Shown here in pieces: positions 11,869 to 22,497 of a stretch of DNA of 64,000 nucleotides. The notes under the pieces were generated by a model. That model was not told the DNA's origin, searched no databases, and saw nothing but the letters and a program-made list of their open reading frames with translations. This DNA comes from Ascoidea asiatica JCM 7603. Its lineage: Eukaryota; Fungi; Ascomycota. The stretch covers positions 266,913-330,912 of the forward strand of contig BCKQ01000009.1 of NCBI GenBank assembly GCA_001600695.1. The letters are read 5' to 3'. The translations under genes and the position numbers were made by a program. Position 1 is the first letter of the stretch. Each line of letters begins with the position of its first letter.

Positions 11869-14800
11869 TTATTGTTGTCCATAGCCTGGGTCAAATATAT
11901 TACCTCTGGAAGTAGTTTGCTGAGAATTTTGATTATAATTATAGTTATAATTGTTATTTGCAGCATTACTATTGATATTGCCATTACTGGTAGTGTAATT
12001 GTTGTAATTATAATTGTTAGAGTTTTGATTAGACTCATAGTAATTAGAAGGATAACTATTACTATTACCACTATTAGCATGATTATTATTAGTATTAATA
12101 TCTATTTTAGTTTTTGCCAAAGAGTTGGAAATATCATCAAAATTTTCATCATCTACAACATTTAGTAAATCATCCAAAGAATAAGGCTCATAACGAGAAT
12201 ATTTTCTATAATCATCGTCAGAATCATCTTTACCACCCTCTATATCCAAGCTATTAATATTGCTATTAATTCCGGGTTTAGGATAAGCTAAGTTGCCATA
12301 AGGTGGCTGTTTATTAGCGGTACTGTTATGAGAAGGAGGAACAGGTGGATATCCAACAGGTTGTGATTGTGTTAAATTATTGCTGGGATTAACTGGGACA
12401 GAATGAGGTGATGAAGCATATGGCTGGGGTGAATTTTTTGTTGCTGGATGATAGTTATTTGGCCTTCCATCTCGTGGAGAATATAATGCCTGGGGAATGC
12501 TGGGCTTATAAGAATTTGGTTGGGTCGAAAGATTTTGCTGACCAATGGCAGCCCCTTGGCTATAAGGGTTTTGTTGAGTATACTGATTTTGCTGAGGGTA
12601 TTGATTTTGTTGAGGATATTGGTTTTGCTGATTATATGGATTTGGTTGATTGTAAGGATTCGATTGATTATATGAACTGGATTGATTATATGGACTGGAC
12701 TGGCTATATGCACTTGGTTGGGCATATGGGTTAGATTGAGTGTAAGGGATTGGTTGATTATTTGAAATTGGTTGATTTTTCAAATTACTTTGGCTTGATA
12801 AAACTAATGGGTTAGCAGTATTATTAGCAGTTGTATTATTAGAATTTGATTGACTTAAGGACATTGGTGAGTTTGCATTAGAACCAGTATGTGTTGGATT
12901 ACTAGAATTATTATAGATATCCCTTTCAATAGTAGGATTTGAAACAGAATTGTTTTTTGTATCAACAATGTCATCTGATGGTGGAGGTTTTCTTATCAGA
13001 CTAGTTCTATTTTTGACAATATTTCTAGACGGTGAAGAAATTGGTTCAACTCCAGTGTAACCATAATTCGTAGATTTTGGATAGTTAGCAGAAGAATTAT
13101 TGTTTTGAGAAGAATAAGCTCTTGGGGAATTAACAGAACTTTTAGGGGTTTGAAATTGATTTCCCCTGGGTGAATTCATTGAGCTTTGAGGTGGTTGAGT
13201 ATGAAATCTTCTAGGAGAATTTACGGAATTTTGAGTACCTCTAGGAGGATTTGACGAATTCTGAAGAGGCTGAGACTGTAATCTTCTAGGAGTGTTGATA
13301 GAATTTTGAGAAGGTGATTGTAATTGAGTGTGCTGTTTATATGGAGAGCCACCGGCTGAAGAAGAATATGGAGGACTTGCAGTTGGATAAGGAGCCTTTC
13401 CTGAATCTTGAGTTGTTCCATTAGAATTGAAAACATTTTTCATAGGAGAATTAGGAAGTCTACCTGGGGAACGAGAGACACTTAGAGGTTGTGCTAGAGG
13501 AAGGGAAGATTGTGAATTATTTGGTGATTGTGTAGTTGTCAGATTTTGAGCAACATTTACTGTCAGAAAATTATTATTTTGAGTTTCATTTTCTAAATTT
13601 TTTTCATTGCTTAAAGCACTTGCAATACTTTGTTGAGTTACATTTTTTGAAAATGATGCCCCAAGTAATTCATTTTGAGATAAATTTGGTGATCTGGGAA
13701 TTGAGGCAATTGAAGGAACAGATTTTATTGATTGTCTATCACTTCCAGAAGGAGAATCATTGGTTGAACTACTAGGTAGGCCAAAACCTTCATAACCTTC
13801 ATCAGTTTTTCTTTTTAATACATCTTTTAAATGAATTTCCCAATCATCATTTGACCAGACAATAGAAGACGAAGATACGGTTAACAGGAAAACTTCTTCA
13901 ACCGGTAAGTAATATAGAAATGGTAATACAGGTAGTGAAAATAATAAAGATTTAACGTTTCCTTTATCGGCAATTAATTTACTTGGCCTTCCAAAAAGGT
14001 TAAAAGCATCAAACACAGGAATTAAAAATCTAATCAAGGTATCATAACCAGGAACTGCTGAATGAGATTCAGGCATTAAAAAAACAGTTGCATCTTTTGG
14101 CTCTTTTGATTTTTTAAATCCATGTTGAGAAGAATCAGTATTAAAGGTGATTGAACCTTGCAATTTTATTAAAGTACTTTGATCAATTAACATTGGAGAT
14201 TGTGGATAAACAGCATAACAACTTTTTGAGTAATTGATTGAAGCAATAGCTTGACTCTTTTTAGTTTTTTTATCATTATCAAAGAACATCATTATTCCAC
14301 AATTATTTTTTTTGGATTTTCGTTGTCTTTTTGTTGGTTGTTCAATTACAATATAACATCTTTTCCAAGGGGCTCCATTTCCAAATCTTACCAGCACCCA
14401 TTCTTGATAATTAAATTTAGTTTCAGATAAAATAACTTTTATATCTGATAATCTTGTACCTCTTGCTGATAATAAGGCTGCAGTATAAGCTTTTTGCAAA
14501 GAAGTATATTCAAAAGTTGAAAGTCTCAAGACAGCATGCCATTTTGAAAATTTATCAGTTGCAGGAAATTGAAGAATAATTCTATTTTTAAGAGTTGTTG
14601 AGATTATTATAACATTACTTAATGTTGAATTTGAAGTAGAACCAGTATTAGAAGAAGGTAAAGATAGTAAAGCTTTAAAATTTGAATCTGCAAAATTTAT
14701 ATAAGAAGGTTTAGAAGTTGCTTTTAGAAAAGACTCTGGATTTGCTCTATTTTCGGATAGTAAATTTGCATCCCAATATGCAAGTTGAGTTCCTGTTAAG

Positions 14801-15036
14801 ATTCCATAAACTTCTTTCCAATTTCTATCAGTACATGGATTACCATCATTATTTAAATCATTTAAAAGATTAAAAATTCCTTCAAAATATCTACGATGTG
14901 TTTGAGCAGATAGTAAAGTAACAATAGGAAGGAACTCTGGAGATAAATTTGAAAAATCTTGAGAATTTGTCTTATTAGAAACACTTGTGGCAGAAAAATT
15001 AGTACTTCTAGAAGAAGATGGTTGTAAAGACGACAT
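11869..15036 (-). CDS. SKG3: Skg3/Caf120-family PH-domain protein with low-complexity C-terminus
   Basis: PIVTLLSAQTHRRYFEG, STTLKNR, WVxVRFGxGxPWKRCY, YAVYPQSPMLID and MPExHSAVPGYDT motifs. Confidence 0.85.
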   Translation of the reverse strand: MSSLQPSSSRSTNFSATSVSNKTNSQDFSNLSPEFLPIVTLLSAQTHRRYFEGIFNLLNDLNNDGNPCTDRNWKEVYGILTGTQLAYWDANLLSENRANPESFLKATSKPSYINFADSNFKALLSLPSSNTGSTSNSTLSNVIIISTTLKNRIILQFPATDKFSKWHAVLRLSTFEYTSLQKAYTAALLSARGTRLSDIKVILSETKFNYQEWVLVRFGNGAPWKRCYIVIEQPTKRQRKSKKNNCGIMMFFDNDKKTKKSQAIASINYSKSCYAVYPQSPMLIDQSTLIKLQGSITFNTDSSQHGFKKSKEPKDATVFLMPESHSAVPGYDTLIRFLIPVFDAFNLFGRPSKLIADKGNVKSLLFSLPVLPFLYYLPVEEVFLLTVSSSSIVWSNDDWEIHLKDVLKRKTDEGYEGFGLPSSSTNDSPSGSDRQSIKSVPSIASIPRSPNLSQNELLGASFSKNVTQQSIASALSNEKNLENETQNNNFLTVNVAQNLTTTQSPNNSQSSLPLAQPLSVSRSPGRLPNSPMKNVFNSNGTTQDSGKAPYPTASPPYSSSAGGSPYKQHTQLQSPSQNSINTPRRLQSQPLQNSSNPPRGTQNSVNSPRRFHTQPPQSSMNSPRGNQFQTPKSSVNSPRAYSSQNNNSSANYPKSTNYGYTGVEPISSPSRNIVKNRTSLIRKPPPSDDIVDTKNNSVSNPTIERDIYNNSSNPTHTGSNANSPMSLSQSNSNNTTANNTANPLVLSSQSNLKNQPISNNQPIPYTQSNPYAQPSAYSQSSPYNQSSSYNQSNPYNQPNPYNQQNQYPQQNQYPQQNQYTQQNPYSQGAAIGQQNLSTQPNSYKPSIPQALYSPRDGRPNNYHPATKNSPQPYASSPHSVPVNPSNNLTQSQPVGYPPVPPSHNSTANKQPPYGNLAYPKPGINSNINSLDIEGGKDDSDDDYRKYSRYEPYSLDDLLNVVDDENFDDISNSLAKTKIDINTNNNHANSGNSNSYPSNYYESNQNSNNYNYNNYTTSNGNINSNAANNNYNYNYNQNSQQTTSRGNIFDPGYGQQ

Positions 15037-15709
15037 TCTATAATAAGTGTGTCACTATTTTTCTTAATATACTATGTATTCCAAATGTATATTGTTGATG
15101 AACTGACACTTTTCCACGGATCATTAAATAATACACAGCAACTTTTGCTTGTTATTTGATTATTTAATTATTTAATTATTTGATACTTGATACTTGATAT
15201 TTGATATTTGATATTTGATACTTGTTATTAGATAGTGAATATTGAATAGTTGAATAGTTGAATAGTTGAATCAAAGAATATATTCAAAAGAAGATGTAGC
15301 AGATTAAGATACCAGCCCTCAATCAACTGCTATGGAAAGTGATATTGGTGGTAATGGTGAAAGATCAAAATGGGAAATACAAGTAGTAGTAGATGTGAAA
15401 ATACCGGTTGGAAATATGGTTTGGGAATATCGTCTACGAAACGGACCGCAGCGGTCTCTCAAACTCGGCTCAGTTCTCGTTTTTCTTGGCTCAAGCCGCG
15501 GATTCCGGTTACGTAAGCAGACTCCGGATACGGAATTTACGGATAACTAGCATACCAGCGTGTAATGCAGTGTTTCTAAGCATACTAGCGGCACGTGCAT
15601 TACGGCGCTTTAATGCATTTAAAAAAACATTCAAAAACGTCATAAAGTGTTTCCACTATGGTGGTAGTACCTCAAATTTGGTTTCATATTCTTTTTTATT
15701 TTTTTGAAC

Positions 15710-15727
15710 TGAAAAAAAAAAATTTTC
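15710..15727 (+). promoter_or_regulatory. RRPE-like element
   Basis: TGAAAAAAAAAAATTTTC about 190 nt upstream of the ribosome-biogenesis gene TSR1. Confidence 0.55.
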
Positions 15728-15917
15728 CTGTCTCTGATGAATTTTCAATGAATTTTCAGTGAATTTCTGATTGATTAGTTAAGAAAGAGATTAAAGAACC
15801 TTTTTGAATCGCACTATTTTATAGAAAGTGAAAGTCATATTAAAGAGAAAACAAACTACTACTTTATTTTCAAAATTTTTCTTGAATTTAATATTTTGAT
15901 TTGTTTTTAAATGAAAA

Positions 15918-18287
15918 ATGGCAAAATCTCAATCTCATCATAGATCAACTCTTACAAAGCCCAAAAAATCATTTAAATCAAGACATCAGACAAAAAATTC
16001 ATTGAAGGCACAACTTAAAGGAAAAGTTGAGAAGCAAACTAATAGAACAACTGATTTACAAAAACCTTTATCAAAAGATGTTAGAAAAAATACTTCTATT
16101 CAAAGAAAATCTTTAAAGATTTCAATGGCAAATAATTCAAAAGAACAATATCAAGGTTCTGAAGCAATTGAAAAAATTGTCACTATAATAAGCTTAACTA
16201 GTGATTTAACTAATGTATCGATTTTAAATAATCTAATTGATACTTTAAATCAAAATCATTTAAATAAAGATAAAATCAATAATATTTCCTCTAATATTGG
16301 CTTACATTCTATTAATATTAGTAAATATAAATCAAATTTTAAATTCATACTACCAGATCCAAATAATTTACTTCAAATTTTGGATATTGCTAAAATATCT
16401 GATTGGGTGATTTTTGCTTTAAGTGCAGAAGTTGAAATTGAGAAGAAAATTGGTGAAAATTTAATCAGAGCTTTAGAATTGCAAGGTATATCAAATGTTT
16501 TACCAGTTATTCCAAATTTAAATCCTTCAGCTTTTACTTTTAAACAAAGTAAACAAATTAAAAATTCCTTAAAAAGTTATTTCAATCATTTTTTTCCATC
16601 ATGTGAACGTATATTTGATTTAAAAAATAATTCAGATTATTTGAATGTTTTAAGAACTTTATCTGAAAAAAAAATAAAAGCTATAACTTGGAGACAAGTT
16701 AGAGGTTATTTATTAGCTGAAAAAATTGATTGGATTCCTGAAGAAAATTCAAATAATGGTTTATTGAAAATTCAAGGAACTGTAAGAGGAAATGGGTTTA
16801 ATGTAAATCGTTTAATTCATTTACCTAATTTTGGTGATTTTCAAATTGCTGGAATTGAAATTCATCCAAAAAAATCTCATAAAAAATCTATAAATACAGA
16901 TGATATTATAATGGATGATTCAATCAATCAAAGTACTACTTTTTCACCGGATGAAACTCAAGATAATTTAGATGAATTAAATAAATTTGAAGAAATTTCT
17001 AAACCTCAATATTCTGATGAAAACTTAATTAATTCTGATCAAACATCAAGCTCTAATGGAATTTTATTAAATAATTCAATTTCTAATAATTCATCTAATT
17101 CTAACCAAGTTTCTAAATTTCAGGATGGAACGTCAACTTATCAATCAAGATGGTATTTAGATGATTTCTCTGATGATGAAGATCAAGATCAGAATAATAA
17201 TAATCTTGTTGATACTCCAATTGAACAGGATATGGATATAGAAATTGAGGAAAATGATAATAATAATGACAATGATGATGGAAATAATGATTATCCCGGA
17301 AGCATAATGGCTGATGATGAAAATGATGATCTCACTTTAATTCAAAAATATCAAGATTTGCAAGAATTAGAATTCCCCGATCAACTTCAAGTTTCTTTTG
17401 ATACTTCTTTAAAAGAGAGATTAAAAAGATATAAAGGTATATTTAATTTACATTCAAGTCAATGGGATATCGATGAGGATGATAAAAAACGTCCTTCTGA
17501 TTGGAAAAGACTTTTAAGAATCAGAAATTTCAAAGCAACTGAAAGAAAAATATTAAAAGACTCTATAATCGCTTTGCAAGCAAAAACAGGTGATATAATA
17601 ACAATGTATATTAAAGCTCCAAATCATATAATTAATTCATTGCAACCTCCAGAAATATCTCCATTTATTATTTATGGATTATTAGAACATGAACATAAAC
17701 TTTCTGTTTGTAATTTTTCATTTAAAAGTTGGGAAGAATACGATCAGCCAATTGCTTCTAAACAAGAAATTATTGTTCAATATGGATTTAGAAGAACTAT
17801 AATTCAACCCATGTTTTCAGATTCTTCAAATACTTCAAATAATGTTCATAAATATCAAAAATTTGCCAATTTCAATACCACAGAAACTCTTACAACTATT
17901 TCACCAGTTATGTTTGGTAATACACCAGCTTTATACTTTAAAATTGAAAATAATCAAATTGAATTTATTGGATCTGGAACATTTTTAAATTCAGATTATT
18001 CAAGAATTATGGTAAAAAGAGCTGTATTAACTGGTCAACCATTCAAAATTCATAAAAATATTCTTACTGTTCGTTATATGTTCTTCAATGATGAAGATGT
18101 TAATGCCTTTAGAAAGGTTCCTTTATTTACTAGATCTGGTGTTACAGGCTTCATTCAGGAAAGTTTAGGTACTCATGGTCATTTCAAAGCTAAATTTAAC
18201 AAAACACTTAATACTCAAGAAACTGTAGCAATGGCATTATATAAAAGACTTTGGCCTAAGAAGTCTACGATGTTTACTAGCATTTAA
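15918..18287 (+). CDS. TSR1: 40S ribosome biogenesis factor Tsr1
   Basis: N-terminal HRSTL..KSFKSRH, GTVRG..NRLIHLP.FGDFQI, LEFPD, GLLEHEHK and C-terminal GFIQESLGTHGHFKA..LYKRLWP. Confidence 0.95.
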   Translation: MAKSQSHHRSTLTKPKKSFKSRHQTKNSLKAQLKGKVEKQTNRTTDLQKPLSKDVRKNTSIQRKSLKISMANNSKEQYQGSEAIEKIVTIISLTSDLTNVSILNNLIDTLNQNHLNKDKINNISSNIGLHSINISKYKSNFKFILPDPNNLLQILDIAKISDWVIFALSAEVEIEKKIGENLIRALELQGISNVLPVIPNLNPSAFTFKQSKQIKNSLKSYFNHFFPSCERIFDLKNNSDYLNVLRTLSEKKIKAITWRQVRGYLLAEKIDWIPEENSNNGLLKIQGTVRGNGFNVNRLIHLPNFGDFQIAGIEIHPKKSHKKSINTDDIIMDDSINQSTTFSPDETQDNLDELNKFEEISKPQYSDENLINSDQTSSSNGILLNNSISNNSSNSNQVSKFQDGTSTYQSRWYLDDFSDDEDQDQNNNNLVDTPIEQDMDIEIEENDNNNDNDDGNNDYPGSIMADDENDDLTLIQKYQDLQELEFPDQLQVSFDTSLKERLKRYKGIFNLHSSQWDIDEDDKKRPSDWKRLLRIRNFKATERKILKDSIIALQAKTGDIITMYIKAPNHIINSLQPPEISPFIIYGLLEHEHKLSVCNFSFKSWEEYDQPIASKQEIIVQYGFRRTIIQPMFSDSSNTSNNVHKYQKFANFNTTETLTTISPVMFGNTPALYFKIENNQIEFIGSGTFLNSDYSRIMVKRAVLTGQPFKIHKNILTVRYMFFNDEDVNAFRKVPLFTRSGVTGFIQESLGTHGHFKAKFNKTLNTQETVAMALYKRLWPKKSTMFTSI

Positions 18288-18741
18288 TCATTTTTTATAA
18301 ATTTATAATCAAAATTTGTTTTCATTAGCTTTTATAGAATCATCATAATTCACTTTTTTCTCTCAATTATTTATTTACATTATTTTTAATACCCCCACTG
18401 ATATTCTTTAGGAAAGCATTATTACTTGTAGAAAAATAAATAAATTTACTATGTAATATGACACAATTGAATTTAAAACTTTGAACTGTACTGTACATTC
18501 CTTAAAGTTTTTAGTAATGTCTTAAAAAAAGATAAATTACAATCAAGAAAATCCTAAACCTTTTCTGAACGGGGTAACGTTAAAATGAAAAATATTTCCA
18601 ATATATTAAAAAAGTATTAAATCATCAAATCCAAACAAAACTAAATAAGTTACTAAGATAATATCTAATATTATACACACTTAAATATTTACTAATTGCA
18701 TTCAATTTTTATCAAATCACAACTTCTTTTGAGACTTAAGA

Positions 18742-19335
18742 ATGGAAAATACCAAAAGTGAAGAAAAAAAAAAGCTTTCCAGTTTGCTAACTGCAAATGA
18801 AAGATTCCAACTCTCACCCGCTTTAAGATTACCAGCAATAGGTCTTACAACAGCTGTTTTTGGATTCCTTTCAGGTTTTTATGAAGGTTTTTCAAACTCT
18901 TCATTAAAATATTTGGCAGAAAATTCTCATAGATTGCCAAAAACGCTTAATGGTTGGTACTTTTATCATAAAAGAAAAAATTATGTTTGTTTGAAAAGTG
19001 GAATGGTAGAATCCATTAAATATTCAACAAAAGTCACATTTATAATAACAAGTTATTTTGGATTTGAGGCAACTCTAGATACTTTAAGAGGTGAAATAGA
19101 TTTCATGAATTCAACTATAGCTACTACTACATTTGGTATGCTTTATGGGAAATATTACAGATTAAGTAAATATCAAAAGCTTAATATGATTAAAAGAGGT
19201 TTTCAATTGGGAATAGTTAGTGGATTATTACAAGATTTTTTGATTTATTTTAGAGGTGGAAATGTTTGGTATCTTAATGCTATTGGTATAAAGGCTCTAG
19301 AAATTGAAAAAAATAAAGTTAAACTAGAAAACTAG
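18742..19335 (+). CDS. Conserved fungal Tim17/Tim22-like membrane protein, probably mitochondrial
   Basis: YLAENSHRLP..GWYFYHKRKNY motif and Gly-rich hydrophobic helices. Puf3-type TGTAAATA at 19390-19397 in the 3' flank. Confidence 0.7.
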   Translation: MENTKSEEKKKLSSLLTANERFQLSPALRLPAIGLTTAVFGFLSGFYEGFSNSSLKYLAENSHRLPKTLNGWYFYHKRKNYVCLKSGMVESIKYSTKVTFIITSYFGFEATLDTLRGEIDFMNSTIATTTFGMLYGKYYRLSKYQKLNMIKRGFQLGIVSGLLQDFLIYFRGGNVWYLNAIGIKALEIEKNKVKLEN

Positions 19336-19715
19336 AAAATTTCAAATTGTATTGTTTCTAATGATAAAAATAATAAAAAAATTAAATCTTGTAAATAAAA
19401 AATGTAATTTTTCCAAAGATTATAAATTTATGTAACTATGGAAAATGATTAATAGAAAAAAAAGAGAATAGTAGTATTAAAGTAAAAGAAATAACTGTGT
19501 ATTAGAGATTTGAATAAAAAGTATGGCATAAAATCATAATTTGAAATATTAATATAAAAAGAGAAAAGCTTTTAAATAAAAAATGAAAGAAAGAAAAAAC
19601 AAAGAAAAAAAAATTAGCATAAGTTAAGAATAAAGTGATAATGTAATAAATGTTAGAATAAAGGCATATGTTTGAAAGTTGTTATGAATTTGGATTCAGT
19701 ATTGGAGTAAAATAC

Positions 19716-20843
19716 TTAAAGGGCTTTTTCAAATTCTTCATCAGAAACAACCATTTCTTTCCAAGTTACACCAGCATATTCTTCTAAATTTTTAACAAAA
19801 TTCATTACTTTTTCTTTTTCAAACAATTTTCCAGATTTTTTAGTATCATTAACCATTTTTCTTAAATTTTGACATCTTTTTTCAATTATTTCCATTCTAT
19901 AATCAATCCATTCAGGATAAAAATCATTATATCTTGAACCAAATAAAACTTCTGGTTTAACAGTAGATAATACAGAACCTTCATGTTTTAATGGATCAGC
20001 AGCCATATATGAAGAAACAGCAGTTAATCTTTCAGTATAACCTAATGGTTTTGGAGCAATATGTTCAATTAATCTTCCTTGAAGAACAGTACAAAACCCT
20101 TGTTTTGGACCAGCAACACTTACAACTTTACCATTACCTAATTTAATAATAGTTTCACCTCCAACCATTTTAGAAGTATCAGAAAGCATAAGAACACAAA
20201 CAAAAGGATATGAATCATGATGCCATCCAACAACAGAAGGAATTAATTGTTCTTTACCATATAATTCACCTTTTGAGATTTTTTTTCTATTATGAGCAAT
20301 AATTTCTTGTTCAGCATCATCATCATTTTTCATTGCAACATTTGTATGAGCAACTTCATAATCCATTATTATTTTTAAATTAACACCAGCCATTAAAGAT
20401 ACAGCTTCAATTGCTTTTGGATGTGTCCAAGCACTATGAGTAAAAGGACAACTTTCTTTGGCAAAACCTCTAATACTACCATCTAAACCGGAAGTTGAAG
20501 AAGGAGAAATTCTAGCATATTTTAAAAAAACATCTTTTCTAAGAACTTCAGCTCTCATAATTTGAACAGCTTCTTTTGAAAATAATGGAAATGGAGAACT
20601 TGCACCAATTGGAGAAATTTGTTTTTCATTTTCAAGTCCTAATTCTTTCATAGTGAATCTTTTTGTTGTATTAACAATATCTGGGTTGAAAATAATATGT
20701 TTAGCAGGATCAAATTTTGTATTAATATCAATTTCTTTTAATAAATCAAAAAGAGATTCAATATTTTCGGTATATTCTTTTTCAGAAAAAGCTTTATGAG
20801 GATTACCAGCCTGAATTTTTTGGATTAAATCTGCAGTTGACAT
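19716..20843 (-). CDS. Putative Fe(II)/2-oxoglutarate dioxygenase-fold protein of unknown substrate
   Basis: WHHDSYPFVCVLMLSD..GGET (HxD), distal His in LQGRLIEH, and Arg in ERLTAVSS. Confidence 0.75.
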   Translation of the reverse strand: MSTADLIQKIQAGNPHKAFSEKEYTENIESLFDLLKEIDINTKFDPAKHIIFNPDIVNTTKRFTMKELGLENEKQISPIGASSPFPLFSKEAVQIMRAEVLRKDVFLKYARISPSSTSGLDGSIRGFAKESCPFTHSAWTHPKAIEAVSLMAGVNLKIIMDYEVAHTNVAMKNDDDAEQEIIAHNRKKISKGELYGKEQLIPSVVGWHHDSYPFVCVLMLSDTSKMVGGETIIKLGNGKVVSVAGPKQGFCTVLQGRLIEHIAPKPLGYTERLTAVSSYMAADPLKHEGSVLSTVKPEVLFGSRYNDFYPEWIDYRMEIIEKRCQNLRKMVNDTKKSGKLFEKEKVMNFVKNLEEYAGVTWKEMVVSDEEFEKAL

Positions 20844-22141
20844 TTTTTATAGTGGTTTTTTATTAAATTGATTTAAGAATAGTTATGGGATTTGTTTGAA
20901 TAATTGGTTTTAATTATTGTTGTGATTAATAATTGATAGTTTATGATTTATGATTTAAGAATTATGATTTATAATTTACAATTTTTTAATTTAAAATTTA
21001 TTCAAGAAAACGAGATTGTTTATATATCATTTGATTATAAAATATTTTATATTTATTTATCTTTGAATTTAAATATTTTTCATAAAATATATTTGATATG
21101 ATTGATTAATTTTCCGAAAGTTCTTTTGAGTTTCTTCTTTTAATAAGTAACAGCCATTTCAAAAAAAATTAAAGCAAGTAACAAGGTAATTAGAAATAAA
21201 ATCATTATTGTAGATTAAAAATTTCAGATGTATAATATCCATTAGAATCAAAAAAATCAGATATGTAAAGTGATCGTAACCAAGAAATAAAGCTCATCAC
21301 TTATCATTTTTACTTCATAGTAATCGTAGTAATCACAGTAATCGTAGCAATTGGAGGTGACATTACTTCAGAGTTTCTGTAGCGAAAGTAAGTGGTAAAA
21401 ATTAAAATCTACTCAAATATATCATCAAATCAACATAGAAAGCATAAGTTATTATTAGTTCAGCCTGTAGGCTTCTCCATTAAAATCAAAAAAAAAGAAT
21501 GATTTGCATGGGAGATTAAAGCTGTTGATTTCCAAGATACTGAGTTTTATATATTTCTAAGCTATTTGATCAAGTTTAGTCAAGTTTAATCAAGTTTGTT
21601 CAGGTTTGCTCACGTTTGTTTGATATCTTAAATGAGACTGAGAAATTTTGGGATTCTGGGATTTTGGGATTTGTAAAGGTTGAAATCAAGAAATTTTGAA
21701 ATCATGAAATTTCAAGCAGAAGAGGAAATCAAAGATAAGAAATTATATTCCTCATCAGGAATCTGGACTGAAAGTGTCAGACCTAGACTAAAGCTCATTT
21801 GATGAAGAAGATCACTGGAAAACGTTGAAGAGAGGAATTCTAACTCGATAAAACAATATCGAAGAAAGAGAGGAAACTGCAATCCATTTCTTAGAAGCTT
21901 ATCAGTCTGATCTGTTGAATTTTATTATATGGGGTTCCTACTGTCGATGAATCAAATACAATTACAATCACGTATTATATTTTCACGTTTTATATTATAT
22001 TCTCAGCTATCGCTGTCTGCTTTCTTTGTTCGCTTCCTTTACTGCTGGCAGTATCCTTCCGAGAGCCAGTCCCAGTTCATTGAATCTATTGTACTGCAGA
22101 GTGTTTATTTTATTCTATTAATTTTGATTTAATATTTGTGA

Positions 22142-22212
22142 TTATCATTTATCTTTTCCAGCTCTTTCAATTTCCATCGAGTGAGTGATAACTGATAACT
22201 GATAAATGATAA
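22142..22212. promoter_or_regulatory. GATA-site cluster
   Basis: TGATAA x4 at 7-nt period (22186, 22193, 22200, 22207) and two TTATC (22142, 22149). More sites at 21300, 21734, 21898 and 22431. Confidence 0.45.
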
Positions 22213-22497
22213 ATGATTGTTCACAAAGACCAGCAGCCGCTGCTGTGAACAAGAGGTCTTTTGCCGAGTAACGGCCCACTCTCTTTTTGCAGGTTTTTTC
22301 CCGTAGTTTTGAAAAATAGGTTTATTTTCATCCATTGATTTTATTTTCAATCTTATTTCTTCTTTATTATTGAACTCTCTTTCATTCATTTATCATTGTT
22401 TCTTTCTTTAATTGGAAGCTATCAAAAGCCTGATAAACTTATTTCTATTCACATTCATTTTTAAATTCAACAGGAGATTACGAGTCTCAAACTCAAA

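Noticed and set aside
7859-13775. Short ORFs nested in or antisense to SFP1 and SKG3, and 9119-9499
   Set aside because: Shadow frames of AAT-rich repeats or T-rich 3' UTR. The same applies to nested ORFs in NDT80, the RhoGEF, the kinase, the Munc13-like genes and 63494-63763.
15160-15270. Short 7-8-nt tandem repeats (TTGATAY, TGAATAGT); similar ones at 6570-6625 and 25482-25521
   Set aside because: Ordinary slippage microsatellites in leaders; no CRISPR-like spacer structure.
15332-15707. ORFs 15332-15550 and 15408-15707
   Set aside because: They overlap the CGG-rich divergent promoter of SKG3/TSR1 and have atypical codon usage.
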